Assembly: GCA_048884965.1 (NCBI GenBank)
Contig: JBHLQH010000007.1
Coordinates: 26,235 to 46,234, forward strand
Length of the DNA: 20,000 nt
Reading direction: 5' to 3'
Source of the DNA: Candidatus Thorarchaeota archaeon
Lineage (GTDB): Archaea > Asgardarchaeota > Thorarchaeia > Thorarchaeales > Thorarchaeaceae
Position numbers and translations under genes: made by a program
Shown: one piece after another, positions 1 to 7,884 of the stretch
Numbering within the stretch: position 1 is the first letter of the stretch
Layout: each line of letters begins with the position of its first letter
Notes under the pieces: model-generated
What the model was told of the DNA's origin: nothing
Seen by the model: only the letters and a program-made list of their open reading frames with translations
Databases searched by the model: none

Positions 1-764
1 ATGCATATGTCCTGAACGGCTCCAAGTTCTGGATCACCAATGCGCCCTATGCAGACTACTATACGGTCTTCGCAAGCCTAGACCCGAGCAAGCGACACAA
101 GGCCCTCTGTGCCTTTATCGTCGATGCAGACACTCCTGGCGTCAGGATCGGCAGACCGGTCGAAAAGATGGGACATCGTGCCTCTGCTACCGCGTCGATC
201 ATGTTCAGGGACGCCCGGGTCCCTGTAGAGAACCTCCTGGGGAAGGAGGGCGAGGGATTCAAGATCGCTATGAAGACCTTTGCCTTGACTAGACCAGCCA
301 TCGCCGCCTTTGCAACGGGCCTTGCCCGGTCCGCTATGGAGCTTGCTCGGGACTATGCCTCCAAACGGGAGGTCTTTGAGAGCAAGCTCAGGGACTTCCA
401 GGTCATCCAGTTCAAGCTCGCAGAGATGCTCATGAAGGTCGAGACCTCACGGCTGCTCTATCTCAGGGCAGCTTGGGCGGCGGACACGACCCCTGATGCC
501 ACCATTCCTGCCAGCATCGCCAAGGCCTTCGCCACGGATGCTGCCATGTGGTGTGCGAGTGAGGCTCTCCAGATCCATGGAGGCTATGGCTATATCGATC
601 AGTATCCTCTTGAGAAGATCTTTCGGGACGCCAAGCTCTATCAGATCTATGAGGGTACTAGTGAGGTGCAGCGGCTCATCCTCGGACGCTATGTCCTTGA
701 TGGCTACAGGCCAGCCCGTGAGAGCATGCCCAGATGGGCAGGACAGAAGGCGCCTGACTTCTAG
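1..764 (+). CDS. Acyl-CoA dehydrogenase, C-terminal ~254 aa (5' end off window; reading frame 3 is open from position 3)
   Basis: Frame 3 reads AYVLNGSKFWITNAPYADYYTVFA...GHRASATASIMFRDARVPVENLLG...QIHGGYGYIDQYPLEKIFRDAKLYQIYEGTSEVQRLILGRY. These are hallmark ACAD middle and C-terminal domain motifs. The track ORF 168..764 is only the part after an internal Met. Confidence 0.9.
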   Translation, partial: AYVLNGSKFWITNAPYADYYTVFASLDPSKRHKALCAFIVDADTPGVRIGRPVEKMGHRASATASIMFRDARVPVENLLGKEGEGFKIAMKTFALTRPAIAAFATGLARSAMELARDYASKREVFESKLRDFQVIQFKLAEMLMKVETSRLLYLRAAWAADTTPDATIPASIAKAFATDAAMWCASEALQIHGGYGYIDQYPLEKIFRDAKLYQIYEGTSEVQRLILGRYVLDGYRPARESMPRWAGQKAPDF

Positions 765-793
765 ACTCAAGGGGACTGCTTCTCATCGCTACA

Positions 794-821
794 GGAATAG
801 ATGGCACAGTCCATCTGTTCC
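794..821. repeat. Inverted repeat / hairpin (11-bp stem with one G-U, 6-nt loop) in the convergent ACAD/SPOUT intergenic region
   Basis: ggaatagatgg-cacagt-ccatctgttcc, read directly. It lies 30 nt after the ACAD stop and 38 nt before the stop of the minus-strand gene. Confidence 0.6.
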
Positions 822-858
822 GTAGGGGTCCTGAGGAGAAGAGAATCAAGACTCTCAT

Positions 859-1710
859 CTATTTGTAATAGCCATCTTTCATGACCAAGTTGCCAAAAGA
901 GCTGTTGAATTGGCCCAAGGATATCAAGAGAGCCTCTTCCAAGCGGACGGTTTCAGTTCCTTGATCTGGAATCGTGTTGACCCAGAAGTCGATATTTCGC
1001 TTCAGGGACTCCTTATCTTTGACCAGGTCTCGAACACCAGACTGAGGTCCGCCAAATATGGCCAAGAGATTATGAGTGTTTGAGAGCGTTGATTCGATAT
1101 CGGATTCTACTTTCTGAAATGGTAAACCAAGCCGCGAAAGCGCAATACGTGTCTTTGATGGGTTTGCTTCCAGATAATCGGTTAGCGAAGAGATTGTTTC
1201 TACATCATATCCAAAATAGTAACCTACAGACTCACGGGTAGTAGGTTTGAGCGTGACCCTTCCTTGGTGTTTGGAGAGATGAAAGAGTGTTGGAACACGT
1301 GTTCCAATTTGCTTTTCATACTCTATTGGCTCATCAAGGCCAATATCTACTTGACCAGGTCGTTTTTGGATCCCCCATCGGTACTCTCCGTCACGGACAG
1401 CACTAGAACGGGTTTCTAATGGATGACTTCGAGTACGTAAGGGAGGCAAAAGCCCCGCATATTTCAAGGAAGGACTCATGGGAAAAATCTCTCTTCGGAG
1501 ATACTGTGGTGTGTCCATGTAACGAAGTAACTTATCTAGTAGGTTCAAGTCACGAGGATTCTTCTCACCTGCGCTCGGTTCATAGAGAATAACTCGTTCA
1601 ACCTTAAATACGGCGAGTGCTCTGGCGATTTGGCCAGTCTTGATGGTTTTCTGACGCAAATCGGAACAGTCAGATAGCGTTGAGTCGGGCAGAGCAATCT
1701 CGAAGGTCAT
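859..1710 (-). CDS. SPOUT-superfamily RNA methyltransferase, DUF171/COG2106 (C9orf114/SPOUT1-like)
   Basis: The N-terminus FEIALPDSTLSDCSDLRQKTIKTGQIARALAVFKVERVILYE closely matches the conserved DUF171 opening (ALPGSIL...ELRTYLAGQIARAxAIFxVDEIVVFDE, recalled from memory). The 283-aa length is typical of archaeal members. It starts 12 nt after the archease stop. Confidence 0.8.
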   Translation of the reverse strand: MTFEIALPDSTLSDCSDLRQKTIKTGQIARALAVFKVERVILYEPSAGEKNPRDLNLLDKLLRYMDTPQYLRREIFPMSPSLKYAGLLPPLRTRSHPLETRSSAVRDGEYRWGIQKRPGQVDIGLDEPIEYEKQIGTRVPTLFHLSKHQGRVTLKPTTRESVGYYFGYDVETISSLTDYLEANPSKTRIALSRLGLPFQKVESDIESTLSNTHNLLAIFGGPQSGVRDLVKDKESLKRNIDFWVNTIPDQGTETVRLEEALLISLGQFNSSFGNLVMKDGYYK

Positions 1711-1722
1711 GGACTATCTTCC

Positions 1723-2157
1723 TCACAAGTCTAAAGTGAACCAGATTGTGGTTAGATTCTCTTGTGTATCAATCCTTAGGTCTGCATATGTCATTGCCTT
1801 GACTTCAGTTCGGGTGACATGTCTATCAAAATCAATCTCCTCACCCCATGCAAGTCCGTCTAGAGAATATCCATTCTCGTCCTTCACCAGCTTCACAACT
1901 TCGAATTTTCTATAGAATCTATACTCAAGGTCTATCAGTGCAATGATCTTGCCGATCCATTCCACAAGGAGCTCGCTCAAATCAAATCCTGATACCACTA
2001 TTGGCGTTGGCGTGTCTGCTTCGACTGTTGATGTGTCCATAATGACCTCAAAGGTAGCCAATGCTGCCTCTGCGAAAGCAAGCTCCAGAGTAGGAGCCCA
2101 GCATTCTATCGTAATATCGGCAGTATGCTCGTGGAACCTAAAGCCATGTTCAGCCAT
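1723..2157 (-). CDS. Archease (RtcB tRNA-ligase / tRNA m5C methyltransferase cofactor)
   Basis: MAEHGFRFHEHTADITIE...VKAMTYADLRID...TLDL, with the archease HTADI motif and conserved C-terminus. The track ORF begins at GTG 2166; ATG 2157 gives the canonical N-terminus. Confidence 0.85.
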   Translation of the reverse strand: MAEHGFRFHEHTADITIECWAPTLELAFAEAALATFEVIMDTSTVEADTPTPIVVSGFDLSELLVEWIGKIIALIDLEYRFYRKFEVVKLVKDENGYSLDGLAWGEEIDFDRHVTRTEVKAMTYADLRIDTQENLTTIWFTLDL

Positions 2158-2250
2158 GATGACCACAACAGAACGCCACCACTACAAGAAGCTTAAAAGG
2201 CATTTCCAATGGTTTGCAGACCACCAATCGGAAACGATTGATTGAAGAAA

Positions 2251-2339
2251 GCCGAGGTAGCCAAGCCTGGATTACGGCGCTGGTCTTGAAAACCAGTTTC
2301 TTAACAGAAGCATGAGTTCAAATCTCATCCTCGGCGCCA
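2251..2339 (+). tRNA. tRNA-Ser (anticodon UGA), class II with long variable arm, genomically encoded CCA
   Basis: Hand fold:
- acceptor GCCGAGG/CCTCGGC
- anticodon stem CTGGT/ACCAG with loop CTTGAAA (anticodon TGA)
- variable arm TTTCTTAACAGAAGC
- T arm ATGAG-TTCAAAT-CTCAT
- discriminator G, then CCA at 2337-2339. Confidence 0.9.
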
Positions 2340-2387
2340 CCTCCCCTTTCCCATTAGTTTATGTTCCTTAATTGCTAAGGATGATTC

Positions 2388-3200
2388 ATGCCACATGTTC
2401 AAACAGGAAACATCAGGACATACTATGAAATGCAAGGTCAAGGCCCTCCTTTGATTTTCATCCATGGGGCTGCTGCATCCCATGACATGTGGAAACCTCA
2501 GGTTGAGTATTTCTCAAAGACATTCACAACCTTGACATATGATATCAGGGGGCATCAACAAACAGAAGGATCTGAGGGTGACTATTCCTTTGAGATGTTC
2601 GCTGATGACCTCTATGAGTTACTTAGGGCTCTAGAGATTAGAGAACCTGTAGTATGTGGCCTATCATTGGGAGGGATGATTGCGCAGTCATATGCAGTAA
2701 GATATCGCGATAATCTGCATGGGCTTGTACTAGCAGATACTGCAATCTCATCAGCTATGACTGTGTCAGACAAGATCACAAAGGCATTGTATCCTCCCAG
2801 TCTTGTCAAGTGGACCATGCGAAGGATGTCACCAGAGAAATATGCTGACTGGTCCTTCAAGTTCTTTGAAGGAGTCAATCCAGAGGTGGTGGAGTATCTG
2901 AAGAGTGAGCAGCTAAAGATGTCCTACGATGAGCTAATCAAAATCATCGATGTGATATACCGATTCAAGCAGCTGCCACTTGAGAGCATTCGCGTGCCAA
3001 CACTGGTAATACTTGGTGAGAATGAGCGAAAAGCGGTATTTCCTCATGCAGACAAGATGGTTGAGTTGATTCCAAACTCTAGGAAAGTACTCGTGCCAGA
3101 TGCAGGCCACGCTTCCAATCTAGAGAATCCCGAGTTTTTCAATAGGGAGCTGGAGGATTTCGTACGAGGACTTGTTAGATCATCCATAGACGAGTTCTAG
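2388..3200 (+). CDS. Alpha/beta-fold hydrolase (specific substrate unknown)
   Basis: Contains the oxyanion-region motif IFIHGAAASHDMW, the nucleophile elbow GLSLGG and the C-terminal catalytic His context DAGHASNLENPEFF. Length is 270 aa. Confidence 0.8.
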   Translation: MPHVQTGNIRTYYEMQGQGPPLIFIHGAAASHDMWKPQVEYFSKTFTTLTYDIRGHQQTEGSEGDYSFEMFADDLYELLRALEIREPVVCGLSLGGMIAQSYAVRYRDNLHGLVLADTAISSAMTVSDKITKALYPPSLVKWTMRRMSPEKYADWSFKFFEGVNPEVVEYLKSEQLKMSYDELIKIIDVIYRFKQLPLESIRVPTLVILGENERKAVFPHADKMVELIPNSRKVLVPDAGHASNLENPEFFNRELEDFVRGLVRSSIDEF

Positions 3201-4798
3201 ATTTCCTTCGCAAGGTAGGGACCATCATCTGAGAACCCAAGATTTCGATAGTATTGCTTCACTCCAATACCACTATTGACAAGCATACGCTTTGCATCGA
3301 ATTCATCAATGCTAATTTCTGTGGCAGTTTCAAGCATACGTTCGCCCAGTCCTAGGTGCTGCCATGCTTTCGGATCATGATCACCTATCTCAACAACCGG
3401 TCCATACACTCTAAGCTCTCGAATGATGGTGCAGGCTTCTCTGGAGATCTCTGGACGGTGGGCGTCTCTGCTTGGATAACGTAATCGCAGGAAGCCAAAG
3501 ATAATATCTAATTGCATATCTTCAAAGGACAAGAAGATCTCTTTTCCATCTGCTGCATCATAGTTCCGTCGTACGAGTTGGATATCCTCGCTATCTATTT
3601 TCTGTTTTGATCTCATCTGAAAGTGCCCTACCTCTCTGTACCTGATAGTCGGGTTCCTGAGATTCTCTTCTATCATTTTTGCATGGACAAGCTCTCGTAG
3701 ATTACCTTGGTTCAGGCCAGCCTCGATTTGATGCAAGGGAATATCCCTTTGCATTCGCTGGATTCGAACGTACTCTGGCATCTTACTTACTGCTTTAGAA
3801 ACGAGGTCAACTATCTGTTCATTCGTATAGGGAGAGTATTCGTTCTGTTTCCACCAATCATAGAGCTTGGTATTTTTCACGACTAGGGTAGGGTAGATTT
3901 TCAACATATCGGGACGAAAACGTGAGTCTGAGAATAACTGAGCGAAGGTTGCGATATCGCCTTCAGGTGTATTTCCTGGAAGGCCTGGCATCATATGGTA
4001 ACAGACCTTGAGTCCACTATCTCTGAGCAGCTTGGTTGCTCGAATGGTAGTTTCTACGTCATGTCCTCTTTGCACTTTCTCAAGGATTTCATCGGAGAGG
4101 GTCTGGACTCCAAGCTCCACTCTAGTTGCGCCCATTCTCAGCATATCATCTATCGTGTCTCTATTCACCCAATCAGGGCGGGTTTCGAAGGTGAGCCCGA
4201 CATTTCGAATAGGAGATGATTCGTTTGTTTTCATTGACTCGTAAAGAGTGGTGCTTGTGGATTTATTCATGGCATCAAGACATTCCTTTACAAATCCTTC
4301 ACGATATTCCGATTCTTTGGAACACCAGTCACCGCCCATCACGATAAGCTCCACCTTGTTAACGCTGTGACCAATGGTGTCAAGCTGTGCAAGCCGACTT
4401 TCTACTTGTCTGTATGGATCAAAATCATTCTGTATTCCCCTCATTGTAGCAGGTTCATGACCAGTATAGCTCTGTGGAACACCCAAGTCAGGACCACCTG
4501 GACAATATGCACACTTACCGTGGGGGCATGCGTGAGGTTTTGTCATGACAGCGACGATAGCTACTCCAGATATTGTTCTAACAGGACGTTTCAACAGAAT
4601 TGGACGCAGGATATCAGCTTCTTCAGGTGTTGCCGCTTGAAGAATGTCAGCATTGGAAGGAGTGCGAGATTTCTTGTATTTGGCGCTCAACTTGTTCTTG
4701 ACTTGATTCACGACATTCTTCGATAACTCGGAGTCACTTGTCAGCAATTCTTCTATTATTGCTCTGTAAAGTTGATAGTTCTCATCTTGTTGGGACAT
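3197..4798 (-). CDS. elp3: Elp3-type radical-SAM/GNAT tRNA wobble-uridine modification enzyme
   Basis: Contains the radical-SAM cluster motif CPHGKCAYCPGGP and a C-terminal GNAT acetyl-CoA motif region QHLGLGERMLETAT. The 533-aa length and overall collinearity fit archaeal Elp3. Confidence 0.9.
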   Translation of the reverse strand: MSQQDENYQLYRAIIEELLTSDSELSKNVVNQVKNKLSAKYKKSRTPSNADILQAATPEEADILRPILLKRPVRTISGVAIVAVMTKPHACPHGKCAYCPGGPDLGVPQSYTGHEPATMRGIQNDFDPYRQVESRLAQLDTIGHSVNKVELIVMGGDWCSKESEYREGFVKECLDAMNKSTSTTLYESMKTNESSPIRNVGLTFETRPDWVNRDTIDDMLRMGATRVELGVQTLSDEILEKVQRGHDVETTIRATKLLRDSGLKVCYHMMPGLPGNTPEGDIATFAQLFSDSRFRPDMLKIYPTLVVKNTKLYDWWKQNEYSPYTNEQIVDLVSKAVSKMPEYVRIQRMQRDIPLHQIEAGLNQGNLRELVHAKMIEENLRNPTIRYREVGHFQMRSKQKIDSEDIQLVRRNYDAADGKEIFLSFEDMQLDIIFGFLRLRYPSRDAHRPEISREACTIIRELRVYGPVVEIGDHDPKAWQHLGLGERMLETATEISIDEFDAKRMLVNSGIGVKQYYRNLGFSDDGPYLAKEI

Positions 4799-4849
4799 GA
4801 CAGGACAGACGTTATGTCATTTCGATTAATACGCTGTGGTATGGATAAT

Positions 4850-5422
4850 CTATTGACTCTGTTGAATAGATGATGCATCTATATCATCTAGTTGAGCTCC
4901 TGCAGTTTTGGCGGCATGCCCATCAACATGAATATCGACTGACACCCTTTTGCATACATCTTGTAGAGTGGCGATTGCAGCCTTGGTCCAGCCGGATATA
5001 TCAATAGTACCAGGCTTGGCGATATCTCGAACCATGATGCTGAATGGACGTACAAAATCGGCTGTTAGTGACCTCGCAACTAGATCTATGATTAGAAGCC
5101 TATCATCATTGTTTAAAGAAGTTGCAAATATCATTACGAGTTTTTCAAGTGAGTCAGTTGTCCCTATTGCTGCGATTGCCTTTACAGCCATTGTCCAATC
5201 CTCATGTCTTTGAGATTTGAGGAGCAACTCAGAAAAAGAAAGGAGGTCAGGGTCACGCCTCCTTGCCAGTTCTAGCAGAGCAGGCTCTCGTAGAACCAGA
5301 TGGATGTCCTGATCCCTGACTAGCTCCCACAGCTGCGTGCGATCCGCATCAGCATGTAAGGGGGTGTGTTCTGGCCAGGAGGGAGGGTGGCAGACCAGAC
5401 GCAGCTGCGATTTAGGAGTCAT
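4850..5422 (-). CDS. Hypothetical protein, HEAT/armadillo-like helical repeats
   Basis: Clean 190-aa ORF with an ATG start. It shows helical repeat-like segments (ALLELARRRDPDLL...AVKAIAAIGTTDSLEKLVMIF...LIIDLVARSL). No catalytic motif was recognised. Confidence 0.5.
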   Translation of the reverse strand: MTPKSQLRLVCHPPSWPEHTPLHADADRTQLWELVRDQDIHLVLREPALLELARRRDPDLLSFSELLLKSQRHEDWTMAVKAIAAIGTTDSLEKLVMIFATSLNNDDRLLIIDLVARSLTADFVRPFSIMVRDIAKPGTIDISGWTKAAIATLQDVCKRVSVDIHVDGHAAKTAGAQLDDIDASSIQQSQ

Positions 5423-5503
5423 GTGTTGATGTTCTGCCTCTGTCTAATAAGGTCACCAAGGAAAACAAAGTGGACGTGTACAAATAGTGACTCTAGAGCA
5501 AGC

Positions 5504-5510
5504 TTTAAAA
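5504..5510 (+). promoter_or_regulatory. Candidate archaeal TATA box for the 5S rRNA gene
   Basis: TTTAAAA lies about 24-30 nt upstream of the inferred 5S 5' end. Confidence 0.5.
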
Positions 5511-5533
5511 CTGAATCTTTGAACACGAAGCCT

Positions 5534-5650
5534 GATGGCGGCCATAGAGGTCGGGGTACACCTGATCTCGGCTGAACTCAGAAGTTAAGCCCGATCTCGT
5601 TACGTGAAATGTGCGGTGCGCGAGCCCGTGACAAGCGCGTAAGCTGCCAC
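5534..5650 (+). rRNA. rrf: 5S ribosomal RNA, stand-alone (no 16S/23S in window)
   Basis: GGCGGCCATAGAGGTCGGGGTACACCTGATCTCGGCTGAACTCAGAAGTTAAGCCCGATC... matches the conserved 5S helix I-III/loop C pattern. Helix I pairs 5536-5542 with 5643-5649. The ends are uncertain by 1-3 nt. Confidence 0.85.
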
Positions 5651-5663
5651 TTTCTTCTTATTC
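5651..5663 (+). terminator. T-rich tract immediately after the 5S gene (candidate archaeal oligo-T terminator)
   Basis: tttcttcttattc directly follows the 3' strand of helix I. Confidence 0.3.
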
Positions 5664-5720
5664 TCATACAATTCATTCATTCCGAGACTGTAAAATAGCT
5701 CCTCGCTTGTACCATGGATT

Positions 5721-6407
5721 ATGGGACCTCAACCAGAGCAGTGGAGAATTGCAGGCATAGACGAGGCTGGACGAGGACCGATGTTTGGACCAATGGTTGT
5801 ATGTGGTGTTCTAGTAGATTTGGAATCATTGGATGTTCTCAAGAAGGCCGGAGTGAAAGACTCCAAAGCCCTTCCGTCCAAACGCCGAGAAGAATATTCG
5901 AAGATGATACGGAAAATAGCATCAAAGATTATAGTGGAAAAAGTATCTGCGATTCAAATTGATACGTCAAGACACAGAGGAACCAATCTGAATGAGACTG
6001 AGGTCAATATCTTCGGATCCATTGCGAAGAAGCTAAATCCTACAGAGCTCTACTTGGATGCTGCAGATGTCAAGGCTGAGCGTTTTGGAGCGAATGTTAG
6101 GAGAGTATCTGGGCTTAGAGAAAAGAGATGCAAGATTGTATCTGAGCATAGAGCAGATTCGAAATATGTGATCGTTTCAGCGGCATCGATAATCGCGAAA
6201 ACCGAGCGTGATGCTGTAATCAAGAAACTGCATGGAAAGTATGGTGATTTCGGGTCGGGGTATCCCACAGACCCGAAATCCATTGCATTTCTGAAAGACT
6301 TGATCAGTAATGATGAAGAGCTTCCCTTTTTTGTAAGAAGATCATGGGAGTCTGTATCACGTGCTATCCGAGAAGGAAAAACTGTTCAAAAGAAGTTGAA
6401 CATTTAG
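5721..6407 (+). CDS. rnhB: Ribonuclease HII
   Basis: IAGIDEAGRGPMFGPMVVCGV (first catalytic Asp-Glu motif)...LDAADV...SAASIIAKTERD...GSGYPTDP. Length is 228 aa. Confidence 0.9.
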   Translation: MGPQPEQWRIAGIDEAGRGPMFGPMVVCGVLVDLESLDVLKKAGVKDSKALPSKRREEYSKMIRKIASKIIVEKVSAIQIDTSRHRGTNLNETEVNIFGSIAKKLNPTELYLDAADVKAERFGANVRRVSGLREKRCKIVSEHRADSKYVIVSAASIIAKTERDAVIKKLHGKYGDFGSGYPTDPKSIAFLKDLISNDEELPFFVRRSWESVSRAIREGKTVQKKLNI

Positions 6408-7366
6408 TTGCTTGACCTTTCGGAGATTATCTTCTTCAGCTCTCTCGGCTTGTCAATCTCATCAAGTTCTAGCTGCCGAATCACAGGTAGATTCGAAACA
6501 CTCTCTTCGACGGACCCTTCTTCAACGATTACAACTGCATCTGATTCGGTTACCTCTGAAACGCTCTTGAGTATCTCCATTCGTTTCTGGAGTCCCCAGC
6601 TTTTGATCGAACCGATTCCGGAGAGCAGAGGGGGACCTTCTTCTTTCGCAGCTACATGGAAAGGAGCCCTGTCACTCCATAGGACTTGCATGCCCAATCG
6701 TGCAAAGAACTCATTGACTCTCATTTGGATGTCTGATACTTCTTGTCCTTGCTTGCTATTTTGGGTCTGTATTGGGGTTTGCTTGTGTCGTAGCACATCT
6801 ATTGGGATGACGAGATCTGTTTCTAGGACTTTTTCAAGACGGAACGCCACGTCACTGCTTACATCCATCTCATCTTTTTCATAGGCAAGGATTGCCCTTG
6901 CAGAAACCTCCACACAGCTTGCAAGCTCTTCCTTGGTCATGTTTTGAGATAGTCGAACATCTTGAAGCTTGGAACCGTCAATAGCAACGAATCTTCCGCC
7001 TCTTTGGATGAATTCCCTTGGCATTTGTTGTTCTTCGATGATAGCTGACAAGCTCTTCGGAGCGATAGTGGATACCCCATATCGCTTGTAGACGACTCCA
7101 GAATCAAGGTCGCCTCGTCTGGTCTTTACTCCAACAATCAATGGAGTGGCATCGAAGAAATGTGCGACCATCTGAAGTGCTATCGCATCCTCTTCAGTTA
7201 GAGCATCGATGTTTGACAACACCTTGATGAGAATTAATTGTGAGTCTTTGCGTGCCACCAAATCAAAGCAGCTTGGTCGGACATCACAACGAGATGACAG
7301 ATCAAACCCAGCATCCTCTAGAGAAGTAACCACCTGCTCTATCAGATTGCCGCGGGTTTTTGTCAT
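6404..7366 (-). CDS. Putative HTH-type (cro/C1, XRE-like) transcriptional regulator of the archaeal COG1395 family
   Basis: 320 aa. The N-terminal domain is (SCFDLVARKD...ILIKV). The central HTH segment is LSQNMTKEELASCVEVSARAILAYEKDEMDVSSDVAFRLEKVL. Architecture and length fit the conserved archaeal family; the assignment is from memory of the family pattern. Confidence 0.6.
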   Translation of the reverse strand: MTKTRGNLIEQVVTSLEDAGFDLSSRCDVRPSCFDLVARKDSQLILIKVLSNIDALTEEDAIALQMVAHFFDATPLIVGVKTRRGDLDSGVVYKRYGVSTIAPKSLSAIIEEQQMPREFIQRGGRFVAIDGSKLQDVRLSQNMTKEELASCVEVSARAILAYEKDEMDVSSDVAFRLEKVLETDLVIPIDVLRHKQTPIQTQNSKQGQEVSDIQMRVNEFFARLGMQVLWSDRAPFHVAAKEEGPPLLSGIGSIKSWGLQKRMEILKSVSEVTESDAVVIVEEGSVEESVSNLPVIRQLELDEIDKPRELKKIISERSSN

Positions 7367-7422
7367 TCTAATTCACATTATTTGCTAGGTCATGTAGCCT
7401 TTTCAGCATAACTAATTGTGAA

Positions 7423-7884
7423 TTATGTCCGTTGAACATCATCACCGGAACTAATTGATGTAGTAAATCCAAGACAGGTGGTAGAGGGTAGCTTTTTCCG
7501 AATGATCTGGACTTGCGGTCTTGCAAGTTTGTCGATAGGACGCCAGCTCCTGAGCTGAGTCCAGTCAATTGGATTTTGACCCAGCATTTTATGAACAAGG
7601 AAAAGCTCGGTTTTTGAACCTGCAATAGTGTATATTCCAATCCCCAAATCCATTCGACGCAGGATGACGATTGGAAGCATGAACGAGGAGTGATGCTCCA
7701 AGGGAATTTCCTCTGCAAGGTGGGCTATTTCTTCCACCAAGAATCTAGAGTTCTCGCCCCCACGAGTTAGGTAGCTTGGTTTCTCCTCTTTGAGTAGAGT
7801 TGCCAGACATACCTTTTGAGTAGGGAGATGATCATTCGCAGTGTCTATGTCATTCTCAAGCATTTTCTCGATGAATCGGCTCAC
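7423..7884 (-). CDS. UPF0216/DUF61 family protein (function unknown)
   Basis: NDHLPTQKVCLATLLKEEKPSYLTRGGENSRFLVEEIAHLAEEIP...MLPIVILRR...GIYTIAG resembles the DUF61 consensus (hLP..r..L.eLL.eekP.v..rdGs.h.f..eELe.La...lrLPIvle). The GTG start overlaps the fibrillarin TGA stop (GTGA). Confidence 0.55.
   Translation of the reverse strand: MSRFIEKMLENDIDTANDHLPTQKVCLATLLKEEKPSYLTRGGENSRFLVEEIAHLAEEIPLEHHSSFMLPIVILRRMDLGIGIYTIAGSKTELFLVHKMLGQNPIDWTQLRSWRPIDKLARPQVQIIRKKLPSTTCLGFTTSISSGDDVQRT

Noticed and set aside
59-858. Several long ORFs overlapping the ACAD gene on both strands (59..301 -, 447..770 -, 496..825 +, 676..858 -)
   Set aside because: They sit within or against a strongly conserved ACAD reading frame in high-GC DNA, where stop-free antisense frames arise by chance. 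The translations are Arg/Ser/Pro-rich with no motifs.
2155-2250. Possible box C/D sRNA: ATGATGA (box C-like) at 2155-2161 upstream of the tRNA
   Set aside because: No CTGA box D or D' occurs within the next roughly 90 nt. The ATGATGA is simply the complement of the archease start region (ATCATCAT). Other TGATGA occurrences in the window are inside coding sequences and lack a properly spaced CTGA.
2251-3200. tRNA-Ser as an integration site, with the adjacent alpha/beta hydrolase as island cargo
   Set aside because: There is no integrase and no visible direct repeat of the tRNA 3' end. The hydrolase GC content matches the surrounding genes.
6408-6884. 158-aa plus-strand ORF antisense to the COG1395 regulator. 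Similar antisense ORFs lie in DUF460 (12648..12974, 13026..13304), herA (15510..15845) and elsewhere.
   Set aside because: The translations are Ser/Leu/Cys-rich and opposite well-supported genes. These are typical shadow ORFs.
7368-7718. 116-aa minus-strand ORF overlapping the UPF0216 gene in another frame
   Set aside because: It overlaps the frame that carries the DUF61-like motifs and has no recognisable features of its own.
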